From Candidatus Zixiibacteriota bacterium (GTDB taxonomy: Bacteria; Zixibacteria; MSB-5A5; GN15; FEB-12), in the NCBI GenBank assembly GCA_041742355.1, contig JBGSIV010000289.1:1-33665 (forward strand): DNA of 33,665 nucleotides, in the 5' to 3' direction. Position numbers and translations under genes: made by a program. The notes under the pieces were generated by a model that ran no database searches, was not told where the DNA came from, and worked only from the letters and a program-made list of their open reading frames with translations. Shown here piece by piece: positions 17,714-26,999 of the stretch (positions are counted from its first letter, which is position 1; each line of letters opens with the position of its first letter).

Positions 17714-17877
17714 CGACGGCAAGGTACGGCAATTGACTTCGGAAAGCCACCCGAATCGCGTCCGCGAACTGAACTCCTCCTTCCGCCCGGGGCAGCCCCC
17801 TTGTTCGGGAGGGAATGGCCGTCGGGCTAATCTCTGATCCTCGGCCCCATTTATCCACGAAGAACTCGATTTGCATA

Positions 17878-17906
17878 TTGCCCCACCGGTTCCTGCTCCC
17901 TATATT
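17878..17906 (+). promoter_or_regulatory. Candidate sigma-70 promoter for the TonB-family gene
   Basis: TTGCCC-N17-TATATT about 45 bp upstream of ATG 17951. Confidence 0.5.
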
Positions 17907-17950
17907 GATCGAGGAGTTAAATATCCCGATTCTGACCGGAGAGGCTATCC

Positions 17951-19330
17951 ATGCGCTGCGTACCCCTCACCGCCGCGGTGCTGCTTGCCTTCGCCGCACC
18001 GCTTTTTGCCGCAGGGCAATCATTTGAGATCCTGCTCGCCCGGCCGCTGCCCGGCGACACGGCCAATACGTGGCTGGTCATCCTCGATGGCGGCTATGCC
18101 GACGGGCTCGAGGAGGGCATGACCGCCGTGGCCTATCATGGTCCGGATCGGACCGCGCTGGCCGACATCACCATCGAAATCGCCGACCGTCACGAGTCTT
18201 TCGGCCTGGCCCAACCTCGCGCCGCAATAGACACCGACACGCTCAAGAAAGCCTGCGGCGAACACTGCCTGGTCGCCTTTGATCTGCCCGAACCAGATTC
18301 TTCGCTCTATCAGCGGAGAGCAATTGCCGCCATGGGCGAGGCCGACTTTGAACGGGCGAAGTACTTCCTGACGCTTCTGGCCGATGCCGGCGATACGCGG
18401 CCCTCAATACAGAACGCCCTCACTCGCTGCGAAAAGGCCCTGGCCGCCGATTCCGCCGGGCTTCCGCCTGCCCTTGCGGAAGCGGAGTCAGCGCGCCTTC
18501 CCCTCTACGAGTACCTCCTCGCGCACTATTTCGGCGAATGCCGGTTCAATCGAGCCAGGGATGTCGCGGCGCGGATCGAACGGGTCGCTCCCGGAAACGA
18601 GACAGCCGCCGCGTACAGCCGCGCCCTCCGCCGTATCGCGTCCGCCACCGCCGACCCGGGTTTGCCCGCGATCGCGAACCTTAACCCCGGACCGGTCAGG
18701 ACGGAATTCCCGCAGATCATACTGTCGGCCGAGCCGATGATTCCCGAAACGCTTCTTGCGGCCGGCCCACCGATCCGCGCCACCGTGGCGGTGCTCGTCG
18801 ATGAAACCGGGGGGGTCGCCAAGGCTTCAATGAAGAGACCCAGCGGGCAAAGGATTATCGATAACGCCGTCGTCAACGCCGCCTACAAGACGCTTTGGCG
18901 CCCGGCGATGCACTCCGGCCTCCCCGTAGCTGCGTTCGGTACGTGGGATGTGACGATAGGATCTTCCTCCGAGACCAGAAAGATGGCGGTTGACCTGCTG
19001 GTTCTGGTCGAGGATTCGACCAACACGCTCCCGACCGGAGAGCCCTATGTGCCGGTCGATGTTGTCCCGGAGATGACTTACAATCACGCTCCGACTTTCC
19101 CCCCGTCCGAGATGCGGGCCGGAATTGCCGGCACGGTCTGGGTAAAAGCGTTGGTCAGTGAAAAGGGGAAGGTTATCGATGCAGCGGTATATAGATCATC
19201 CGGCAACGAGCGCCTGGATCAGGCCGCGGTTGATGCCGCGCTGAAGTGCCGCTACAAACCGGCCCTGAAGGACAGGCGACCGGTCAGGATCTGGGTGCAT
19301 TACAAAGTCGTTTTCGAGCAGGATAAATAG
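17951..19330 (+). CDS. TonB family protein with a TPR-like helical region and two TonB C-terminal domains
   Basis: Signal peptide; VLVDETGGV...SGQRIIDNAVVNAA..WRPA and GTVWVKALVSEKGKV...SSGNERLDQAAVDAA...YKPA; GAGG RBS. Confidence 0.82.
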   Translation: MRCVPLTAAVLLAFAAPLFAAGQSFEILLARPLPGDTANTWLVILDGGYADGLEEGMTAVAYHGPDRTALADITIEIADRHESFGLAQPRAAIDTDTLKKACGEHCLVAFDLPEPDSSLYQRRAIAAMGEADFERAKYFLTLLADAGDTRPSIQNALTRCEKALAADSAGLPPALAEAESARLPLYEYLLAHYFGECRFNRARDVAARIERVAPGNETAAAYSRALRRIASATADPGLPAIANLNPGPVRTEFPQIILSAEPMIPETLLAAGPPIRATVAVLVDETGGVAKASMKRPSGQRIIDNAVVNAAYKTLWRPAMHSGLPVAAFGTWDVTIGSSSETRKMAVDLLVLVEDSTNTLPTGEPYVPVDVVPEMTYNHAPTFPPSEMRAGIAGTVWVKALVSEKGKVIDAAVYRSSGNERLDQAAVDAALKCRYKPALKDRRPVRIWVHYKVVFEQDK

Positions 19331-19405
19331 GCTCCTGCCTGACCGGGATGGATCCCGGGGTCAATCATCATGCGGGGTGGAGTTGTCCTTCGCCGCACTT
19401 CTCCC

Positions 19406-19434
19406 TTGCGTCCGATCCGTTCGCGGACTATACT
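19406..19434 (+). promoter_or_regulatory. Candidate sigma-70 promoter for hppD
   Basis: TTGCGT-N17-TATACT. Confidence 0.55.
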
Positions 19435-19574
19435 AGACCACATTAGCCCCCGGGGAACAAACCCCTCAGGGCATGGTTCTAAATCACAACGGCCGGATCG
19501 CTCTAAATTTCACTCCCCGAACCGCTTACCCTGCGATCCCGCCGTCAAGGGCAAGATCGTCAGATGAAAACTAA

Positions 19575-19604
19575 TGTCACGCTTCGACGACGCTCAGCGT
19601 GACA
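19575..19604. repeat. Palindromic repeat GTCAC..TTCGAC..CGCTCAG..GTGAC
   Basis: Related copies at 20872-20899 and 25976-26003; fragments at 968-978 and 991-1001. Confidence 0.75.
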
Positions 19605-19628
19605 GACATAACGATAGGAGTACGAACC

Positions 19629-20774
19629 ATGAGCAGCCCCCTCGGTATTCGTGGATATGATTACGTGGAGTTCTATGTCGGCTCCGCCAAGATGACCGCA
19701 TTCTGGATGGCCAAGGCGCTCGGGCTGCAAATCACCGGGTACTGCGGCCCCGAAACGGGCATCCGTGACCGGGTCTCCTACTATCTCACCCGCCACCGCC
19801 TCAAGTTTGTCGTCACGTCGCCCGCCCAGCCGTCCAGCTACGACATCTACGGTTGGATCACTAAACACGGCGACGGCGTCAAGCGGTGGGCGGTCGAGGT
19901 GGACAATGTCGAGCAGGCGTGGAAGTACGCCACCAAGCGCGGCGCGGTGATGGTCAAGCGCCCCGAACGGATCGAGAACCAGCACGGCTTTATTGAGGAA
20001 GGATCGATCCGGCTCTACGATGACACCGAGCTGGTGTATATCAACCGTGATAATTACAAGCACATCTTCCGCCCCGGTTTCTGCGAACCACTCCAGAAGA
20101 TCAACATCGAGCACGAGGACACCGGCCTGCTGGCGGTCGACCACATTGTCGGCAACGTCCGCGAGAATGAAATGGGGCTCTGGGCCGAGTATTTCAACAA
20201 CACGATGGATTTCGAGACGTTTGTCGATTTCGGCCCCGGCGACATCCAGACCCAGTACTCCTCGCTCCTGTCGAAAGTGGTGCGCACGAAGGATTCCAAG
20301 ATCCGCAACCCGATCAACGAGCCGTATGAGGGGCTGAAGAAGTCGCAGATCGAGGAGTTTATCGAGCAGTACCACGGTTCCGGCGTGCAGCACATAGCGA
20401 TCCGCACCAACCACATTATCGACAGCATCGCCGCGCTGCGCAAAAACGGGATCGAGTTCCTCACTGTCCCAGACACGTACTATGACAAGCTGCGCGAGCG
20501 CAAGGAAGTGATGAGCCGCCTGCAGGAAGATCTCAACGTGCTCAAGGAGCACGGCATTTTGTGCGATGTCGAGGCCGACGGTTACCTGCTCCAGTTGTTT
20601 ACCAAGCCGATCGGCGATCGCCCGACATTCTTTTTAGAGATCATTCAGCGAGTCGGCAACAGCGAGGGTTTCGGCAAGGGGAATTTCCAGGCGCTGTTCG
20701 AGTCGATCGAGCTGGATCAGAAGTTGCGCGGCAATTTGGAGAAAGACCAGATTGCGCATGCGCCGATTTGCTAG
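19629..20774 (+). CDS. hppD: 4-hydroxyphenylpyruvate dioxygenase
   Basis: Motifs HGDGVK, VDHIVGNV, PINEP...KSQIEEF, GVQHIA, GYLLQLFTKP, FLEIIQR and GFGKGNFQALFESIE; GGAG RBS. Confidence 0.96.
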   Translation: MSSPLGIRGYDYVEFYVGSAKMTAFWMAKALGLQITGYCGPETGIRDRVSYYLTRHRLKFVVTSPAQPSSYDIYGWITKHGDGVKRWAVEVDNVEQAWKYATKRGAVMVKRPERIENQHGFIEEGSIRLYDDTELVYINRDNYKHIFRPGFCEPLQKINIEHEDTGLLAVDHIVGNVRENEMGLWAEYFNNTMDFETFVDFGPGDIQTQYSSLLSKVVRTKDSKIRNPINEPYEGLKKSQIEEFIEQYHGSGVQHIAIRTNHIIDSIAALRKNGIEFLTVPDTYYDKLRERKEVMSRLQEDLNVLKEHGILCDVEADGYLLQLFTKPIGDRPTFFLEIIQRVGNSEGFGKGNFQALFESIELDQKLRGNLEKDQIAHAPIC

Positions 20775-20778
20775 GGGA

Positions 20779-20819
20779 GTAGGTCGGGTTCCGAGGAGCG
20801 CAGCGACGAGAAACCCGAT
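20779..20819 (+). repeat. GTAG REP family A copy immediately after hppD
   Basis: GTAGGTCGGGTTCCGAGGAGCGCAGCGACGAGAAACCCGAT. Confidence 0.8.
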
Positions 20820-20871
20820 TTGACAACGCGAACTGGCGGGTCGCCCACAGCTTGCTGTGGGATCCTCAAAT

Positions 20872-20899
20872 GTCACCCTTCGACTCCGCTCAGGGTGAC
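20872..20899. repeat. Palindromic repeat GTCACCCTTCGACTCCGCTCAGGGTGAC
   Basis: Near-identical to 25976-26003. Confidence 0.8.
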
Positions 20900-20958
20900 G
20901 GAATGGCAGGTCAAACACGGCCCTGCGTGCTTGACGGATTCAACGGACGATTTACCAT

Positions 20959-20988
20959 GTCAAGCACCGAGACCGGTGCTTGACCTAC
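20959..20988 (-). repeat. GTAG REP copy (GTCAAGCACC stem)
   Basis: Same stem and tag as 1052-1081, different loop. Confidence 0.8.
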
Positions 20989-21063
20989 CGTGGATTCGAG
21001 GAAGGTCGTGCACGGCTCCGAGTGGTTGACGGGAAAGAAGAAAGGGACTGGATTCCTGCTTTC

Positions 21064-21215
21064 GGGCTTGTTGAAAAAGCCCGAGCGCGGCTGTTGGCAG
21101 TCATTGCGAGGAGCGGAGCGACGAAGCAATCTCTCTTCGTACCAGCGTCTTGGCCAGAGGAGAGATTGCTTCGCTGCGCTCGCAATGACTAGTCATAGAC
21201 TTTTTCAACAGGCCC
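21064..21215 (+). mobile_element. 152-bp non-autonomous MITE with 16-bp TIRs and a 4-bp TSD (TTTC)
   Basis: Left end GGGCTTGTTGAAAAAG and right end CTTTTTCAACAGGCCC (15/16 inverted match); TTTC at 21060-21063 and 21216-21219; second copy at 1-141; internal inverted doublet at 21099-21190. Confidence 0.88.
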
Positions 21216-21322
21216 TTTCGCAGGAATGACAGTTTCAGGCGTTCACGCTGAGAAAGTGCGGGGCCATAAAGGTCGTGGCCGGCGACGCGAGCAGGAATGA
21301 CAGATCCAAGTATCGGCGTGAA

Positions 21323-21415
21323 TCAATGTCAGGACCATAAAGGTCCTGACCTACAACAGGAACCTACATTTCAATGCCTTCTTGTAGGTCAGGACCCTTG
21401 CGGTCCTGACATTGA
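21323..21415. repeat. Inverted REP doublet (REPIN-like)
   Basis: TCAATGTCAGGACC-N-GGTCCTGACCTACAA and its inverse TTGTAGGTCAGGACC-N-GGTCCTGACATTGA, separated by 25 bp. Confidence 0.8.
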
Positions 21416-21504
21416 CCTACACGCGAAGCTCAGGTGACGTCAGAGCGCAGGTGACATCGATACGCGGAACAAAGTCCGGGCTTTACATACGAAAGGAACT
21501 CGCA

Positions 21505-22674
21505 ATGTCGTTCTATCACCGACTGGGCGAACTGCCCAAGGTCAAACATACGACCTTCTTTAAACCCGACGGGAAGTCGCTCTACCGCGAGGAGCTCTTC
21601 TCGAGCAAGGGGTTCTCCGGCGAGTACTCCACCAAGTACCACCATCACATGCCGACCGAAATCCTTCGGTCGCGCGAGATCAACCTCCACAAAGATGTCG
21701 AGTGGCCGGAAGCGCAGGTCCTCTACTACCACTTTTTCACCGACAACAAGGAAAGCGGCGGCAATTACATCACCGCCCGCGATTCCTATCTCGAGAATCC
21801 GCACACGGTAATATCTGCCGCCAGAGTCACAGAGGATACCGACGATTTCTACCGTAACGGATTTGCCGCCGAGTACATCCTTGTCCACCGCGGCCGCGGC
21901 GTCTTCAAGAGCGAATTCGGCAACATTCCGTTTGAGCCGGGCGACCAGTTCATTATCCCGCGCGCGGTCACCTACCAGCTCAAGTTCGACGACTTCAAGG
22001 ACAACAAGCTGCTGGTGGTCGAATCCGACACGGCGTATGAGATCCCCGGCAAGTTCCGCAACGAGCATGGCCAGCTTGAGGAGCACGCCCCGTACAGCGA
22101 GCGGGATTTCAAGGTCCCGAGTGTGCTCGAGCCGAAAGATGAAACGGGGGAATTCCGCATAATCCTCAAGACCGGCCGCCGGTACTTCGAACACATCTCC
22201 CCACATCATCCGTTCGATGTTGTCGGCTGGGACGGTTTCCTCTACCCGTATGCGTTCAATATCAAGAGCTACCATCCGAAAGTCGGCCGCATCCACCTGC
22301 CGCCGCCGGTCCATGTCGCCTGGCGCACCGGGAATTTCGTGCTCTGCAACTTCTGCCCGCGGCCGTTCGATTTCCACGAACAGGCGATCCCGGCCCCCTA
22401 TGTCCACTCCAACATCGACAGCGACGAGGTCCTGTACTATGTTGAAGGCGACTTCATGTCCCGCGAGGGGGTCAAAGAGGGCTCGATCACGCTTCATCCC
22501 GGCGGCATGCCGCACGGCCCCCAGCCGGGCAAAACCGAGGCGTCGATCGGCAAGAAGGGGACGGACGAGTACGCCGTGATGATCGACACCTACTCCCCGC
22601 TTCGCCCGACGCTGAATGTGAAGGAGACGATCGATCCCTGCTACGCCCAGTCCTGGATCGAAGCGGCAAAATGA
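21505..22674 (+). CDS. hmgA: Homogentisate 1,2-dioxygenase
   Basis: Motifs EHAPYSERDF, HHPFDVVGWDG, GRIHLPPPVH, PYVHSNIDSDEVLYY, SITLHPGGMPHGP and AVMIDT; AAGGA RBS. Confidence 0.94.
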   Translation: MSFYHRLGELPKVKHTTFFKPDGKSLYREELFSSKGFSGEYSTKYHHHMPTEILRSREINLHKDVEWPEAQVLYYHFFTDNKESGGNYITARDSYLENPHTVISAARVTEDTDDFYRNGFAAEYILVHRGRGVFKSEFGNIPFEPGDQFIIPRAVTYQLKFDDFKDNKLLVVESDTAYEIPGKFRNEHGQLEEHAPYSERDFKVPSVLEPKDETGEFRIILKTGRRYFEHISPHHPFDVVGWDGFLYPYAFNIKSYHPKVGRIHLPPPVHVAWRTGNFVLCNFCPRPFDFHEQAIPAPYVHSNIDSDEVLYYVEGDFMSREGVKEGSITLHPGGMPHGPQPGKTEASIGKKGTDEYAVMIDTYSPLRPTLNVKETIDPCYAQSWIEAAK

Positions 22675-22783
22675 TGTCGGGCGGGCTGTCCGGCGGCGGT
22701 TTCTGCTGGCACTTCGGGCCGGAAAATGGCATATTGCGGTTCGACATGATTATCCGACCGCCCGAATGCTAAAGGATAGACTG

Positions 22784-23932
22784 ATGATCTATATACCGGC
22801 CTACGTCAAGTCGCTCGCTCCCTACAAAGCGGGCAAACCGATCGCAGAACTGGCTCGCGAGAGGAACCTTATGCGCATCGTCAAACTCGCCTCCAACGAA
22901 AACCCGCTGGGGCCGTCGCCCAAAGCCATGGCCGCCGTCACCCAGGCGGTCGCGGAGATGCACCGATATCCCGACCCCCGTACCTGGGATCTCGTTCAGG
23001 CGCTGTCGCGCAAGTACGATATCCGCCCCGAACACATTGTCTGCGGCCACGGTACCGACGCCCTGCTCGGCTACGCTATTGGCGCCTTCTCCGAACCGGG
23101 CGATGAACTGCTGACGGCCGAGGGCACGTTTATCGGCATCTATGTCAGCACGCTCAAACAGGGGCGCACGCTGCGCAAAGTGCCGCTCAAAGACTACGCG
23201 TTTGACCTCGAGGCGATCCTCGCCGCAATTGGCCCGAAGACAAAGATCATCTTCCTGGCTAACCCGAACAATCCGACCGGGACCATGGTCACGCGCAAGG
23301 AATTCGAATCTTTCATGGACCGGGTGCCGGAGGATATCCTCGTCATTCTCGACGAGGAGTACTACACTTACGCCGGGCTCTTTCCCGAGTACCCCCAGGG
23401 AGTCTCTTACTGGTACGACAACCTGGTCGTTACCCGCACGCTCTCGAAAGCCTACGGCCTCGGCGGCCTGCGGGTGGGGTTCGCTGTCGGCCCGAGCCAC
23501 GTGATCGACGCGATTTTCAAGGTGCGCTATACGTTCGAGCCGAACTACCTCGCCCAGGTCGCGGCCACGGCCGCGCTCGACGACGACGAATTCCTCGAAC
23601 GCACAGTGAAGACCAACACGGCTTCGTTGAAGCGTATGCGCGCCAGGTTTGACACCCTCGGCATCCGCCAGGTCGACTCCTACGCCAACTTCATCATGAT
23701 CCTCATGCCCTCCCAGACTCTCGCCGAGGAATTCTATCAGCGCTGTCTCGAGCACGGCCTCATTGTCCGGCCGGTTGCCGCCTACGGCGTACCCAACGGC
23801 ATCCGGATCAATTCCGGGACCGAGGATGAAACGACGTTCGCGCTCGAGGTTATCGAAGAGGTCTGGCACGAACTGAACGCGACCGATCCCCGTATCCGCG
23901 AAAGCGAAAAGCACAAGGAAGTCCACCGATGA
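22784..23932 (+). CDS. hisC: Histidinol-phosphate/aromatic aminotransferase (class I/II PLP enzyme, HisC family)
   Basis: Motifs KLASNENPLGPSP, YPDP, LANPNNPTG and RTLSKAYGLGGLRVG (PLP lysine). Alternative start at 22766. Confidence 0.88.
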   Translation: MIYIPAYVKSLAPYKAGKPIAELARERNLMRIVKLASNENPLGPSPKAMAAVTQAVAEMHRYPDPRTWDLVQALSRKYDIRPEHIVCGHGTDALLGYAIGAFSEPGDELLTAEGTFIGIYVSTLKQGRTLRKVPLKDYAFDLEAILAAIGPKTKIIFLANPNNPTGTMVTRKEFESFMDRVPEDILVILDEEYYTYAGLFPEYPQGVSYWYDNLVVTRTLSKAYGLGGLRVGFAVGPSHVIDAIFKVRYTFEPNYLAQVAATAALDDDEFLERTVKTNTASLKRMRARFDTLGIRQVDSYANFIMILMPSQTLAEEFYQRCLEHGLIVRPVAAYGVPNGIRINSGTEDETTFALEVIEEVWHELNATDPRIRESEKHKEVHR

Positions 23933-24960
23933 AGTTTGTTTCTTTCGCCAATTCCGTCAATGAAGAACGCCTTGGATTATTCTACAACGACCAGATTTTC
24001 GACCTCGCGCAGAACGCGCTGACGGTCGCTGTCCGGCTCCCCTCGACGATGGCGGAATTTCTCCGCCAGGGCGAGGCCGGTATGGAAACCGCCCGTAAGG
24101 TCCACGACGCCATTGTCGATGGCCGTGGTATTCCCGAGGACTCCGGCAACCTGGCCATGCTCGCGCCCGTGCCGCACCCGACCTCGTGTCGCGACGGCTA
24201 CGCCTTCCGCCAGCATGTCGCCACCGCCCGCCGCAACCGCGGTGTTGAGATGATTCCCGAATTCGACCAGTATCCCGTCTTCTACTTCACCAACCACAAC
24301 TCGATCATCGGTGAAGGGGATGTGCTGGTCGAGAAGGACCATCTCCAGAAGCTCGATTTCGAACTCGAGTGCGCCATAGTTCTGCATACGCAGGGACGGA
24401 ACATTCCCGCTTCGGAGGCGGACCGCTACATCGCCGGGTACATGATCATGAACGACCTCTCCGCGCGGGTTCTCCAGATGGAGGAGATGATGTTGAGCCT
24501 CGGCCCGGCCAAGGGCAAGGACTTCGCGACGTCGATCGGCCCCTGGCTCGTCACTCCCGATGAACTGGCGAACCGGCGCATGGCCACCCCCTTCGGCGAC
24601 AAGTACGATCTGCGCATGACCGCCAAACACAACGGCACGCTCGTTTCCGACGGCAATCTCAAGGACATGAACTGGACGTTTGCCGAAATCGTCGAACGCG
24701 CCTCGTACGGTGTCGATGTCTACCCCGGCGACGTCATCGGCTCCGGCACGGTCGGCACCGGCTGCTACCTCGAGCTCAACGGCACCCGGGCGATCGAAGC
24801 GAAGCAGCGTGGCGAGTCGTTTACGCCGGTCTGGCTGAACGACGGCGACACGATCGAGCTGGCGATCGACGGGCTGGGCGTGCTGCGCAACCGCATCGTC
24901 AAAGCTGGCGGCGATTACTCGATCCTCGCGAAGAAGAAGTCGGTCGAAACGGTCTCCTGA
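23929..24960 (+). CDS. Fumarylacetoacetate hydrolase family protein
   Basis: Motifs RDGYAFRQHV, PVFYFTNH, LDFELE, NDLSAR..Q, KGKDFAT and GDVIGSGTVGTGC; ATGA overlap with the upstream gene. Confidence 0.93.
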   Translation: MKFVSFANSVNEERLGLFYNDQIFDLAQNALTVAVRLPSTMAEFLRQGEAGMETARKVHDAIVDGRGIPEDSGNLAMLAPVPHPTSCRDGYAFRQHVATARRNRGVEMIPEFDQYPVFYFTNHNSIIGEGDVLVEKDHLQKLDFELECAIVLHTQGRNIPASEADRYIAGYMIMNDLSARVLQMEEMMLSLGPAKGKDFATSIGPWLVTPDELANRRMATPFGDKYDLRMTAKHNGTLVSDGNLKDMNWTFAEIVERASYGVDVYPGDVIGSGTVGTGCYLELNGTRAIEAKQRGESFTPVWLNDGDTIELAIDGLGVLRNRIVKAGGDYSILAKKKSVETVS

Positions 24961-24977
24961 TCGCGGCAGACACAACC

Positions 24978-25949
24978 ATGTTGAGCTTTGAACCAAAAGA
25001 CCTCCCTGTCCCGAAAGTCCACCAGTACCTGCTGGGCGGTGTCGGCCCGCGACCGATAGCGCTGGTCTCGACTGTCTCGGTCGACGGCGCGGTGAACCTT
25101 TCGCCGTTCTCTTTCTTCAATGCATTCGGCGCCAATCCGCCGATCGTCGCTTTTTCGCCCGCCCGACGCGGCCGTGACGGCACGGTCAAGGACACGTACA
25201 GCAACCTGATCGCCACCCGCGAGTGCGTGATTCAGGCGGTGACCTACAGCATGGTCCACCAGGTCTCGCTCGCCTCGGCCGAGTATCCGTCCGAGGTCGA
25301 CGAATTCGTCAAGAGCGGCCTGACGGCTGTCCCCTCCGATCTGGTCAAGCCGCCGCGCGTCGGCGAGTCCCCGTTCCACATGGAGTGCCGCCTGCGGCAG
25401 ATGGTCGAGCTGGGTGGCCTGCCTGCATCGGGCAACCTCGCGATCTGCGAGGTCGTTAAGTTTCACATCGCCGAGGATATCCTGCGCGACGGCGTCATTC
25501 ACCCCGACCAGATCGACCTTGTCGCGCGCATGAGCGCGGCGTTCTACTGCCGTGCCACGGGCAGTGCGATTTTCGAACTCCCTCAGCCGGGCGCGCGCAA
25601 GTGTATCGGCTTTGATGCCCTTCCCGAGTACATTCGCACCTCGCACGTGCTCTCGGGCAACAACCTCGCTCAGCTGGCGGCGGTTGAGGCGATCCCTGAT
25701 ACAGAGGCGGCAGTGGCAACGGTCGGAGCGATGGCTCACGAGAGTCCGGGCGTGGCGCTGTTTGAACGCTTTGCGCGCCGCCGTCTGCATCTGGAGATGC
25801 TCCGGGTTGCCGTGGGGCTCAAGTGCGCGGGCCATCCCAACGCCGCTGCTTTCATGGAGCAAAGCGCGAAAGCCGCTCTTGACAACAACGACGTGGCGTT
25901 TGCGTGGAACGCGCTGTTGTACCTGGGGCGTTTGAAACACCAGGTCTGA
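24978..25949 (+). CDS. Flavin reductase-like (DIM6/NTAB) family protein with a C-terminal extension
   Basis: Motifs PRPIALVST, NLSPFSFFN, KDTYSN, EVDEF..SGLT, VKPPRVGESP..MEC, IGFDALP and VLSGNNL. Confidence 0.9.
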   Translation: MLSFEPKDLPVPKVHQYLLGGVGPRPIALVSTVSVDGAVNLSPFSFFNAFGANPPIVAFSPARRGRDGTVKDTYSNLIATRECVIQAVTYSMVHQVSLASAEYPSEVDEFVKSGLTAVPSDLVKPPRVGESPFHMECRLRQMVELGGLPASGNLAICEVVKFHIAEDILRDGVIHPDQIDLVARMSAAFYCRATGSAIFELPQPGARKCIGFDALPEYIRTSHVLSGNNLAQLAAVEAIPDTEAAVATVGAMAHESPGVALFERFARRRLHLEMLRVAVGLKCAGHPNAAAFMEQSAKAALDNNDVAFAWNALLYLGRLKHQV

Positions 25950-26957
25950 TCTTGTCTTCCTGCGGGTGACGCTGCGTTACCCTTCGACTCCGCTCAAGGT
26001 GACCGCTCTTAGCGTTGGGTTTCGCGGAGGTGAAGTTCGTCGTCACCAAGTCGGGTTTCTCGGGGCTTGCGCCCCTCGGAACACCGACCTACGTCCAAAA
26101 CCCATTTGGTTCGTTTGCGCATTTTCCCGTCTCCGGGTTTGTGTCGCTGTCAGGCCGCAAGCGGCCTGACCTACCTCCAAGAATTGGGTTTGTTCGCGAC
26201 CGCTCGGGGGTGACACAAGGCCACCCCCTACGCGCTTGAAGGGTGACGCATCGACACATTGGGTTCGTTTGCGCAGTAGTCGCTCGTTCATTGCTTGTCT
26301 CCCAGTCGGGTTTCTCGGGGTCTTCGACCCCTCGGAACCCGACCTACGCCCAAGCCCCATTGGGTTCGTCGGCGCACTATCTCAGCAGCGTTCAAATCTC
26401 TCCCCTGTCTTTCTGTCTGAGAGGAACCCACCAGGAATGGTGGGCCACCGGAGGGGACGCCGGAAATTGGGTTCGTTCGCGCAATTTCTAGTCTCCATGG
26501 TTGTGTGGCTGTCAGGCCGCAAGCGGCCTGACCTACGAACCAGAAATCGGGTTCGTTTGGTAATCCTGGCATACAGTAGACCTCGGCGTGACTGGGGCCC
26601 GGCCTCCGCCGGGCTGACAGAATAGGATTCCATGCCGTCTCCGCGGGAAAGACAGTGTGGATTCTCCTCCTCCAGCTGATTGACAGCAAAGGGCGTCGGG
26701 CTGTCAGCGGGGAGCTTTGTGCTTGAAATTGGGTTCGTGTGCGTAAACTCCCTGTTTCGGGTTCTCGCTTTGACAGGCTCCAAGGAGCCCGACCTACTTC
26801 GCCGATCAACTTCTTCGCTTAACTTCCCCGGCCTGTTTCCGTGACCTTCCTGGCTGTTACCCATGTAGTCGTTTCAGCCGGTTACCTCTGTATCCGGTTT
26901 GTGCCGGAATCTTCTCCCACCGCGAGCGGTGGGGCACCCGTGCCACAGGAGCATGTG

Positions 26958-26999
26958 TTTACACTCCTTCATTTACACTCTCTTCTTTACACTCTTTCC
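26958..26999. repeat. 3 x 14-bp direct repeat with a TTTACACTC core
   Basis: TTTACACTC at 26958, 26972 and 26986, followed by TATATATA and a G-run. Confidence 0.8.

Noticed and set aside
19372..19440. GCGGGGTGGAG resembling a tRNA-Met 5' end
   Set aside because: No cloverleaf, T-loop or acceptor stem follows.
1..21215. Composite transposon bounded by the two inverted MITE copies
   Set aside because: The right copy has its own TSD on both sides, which indicates an independent insertion, and the intervening genes look like ordinary chromosomal genes.
20820..21229. Short ORFs between hppD and hmgA, and ORF 131-508
   Set aside because: They translate MITE/REP sequence (e.g. RDCFVAPLLAM) and are too short to be a transposase.
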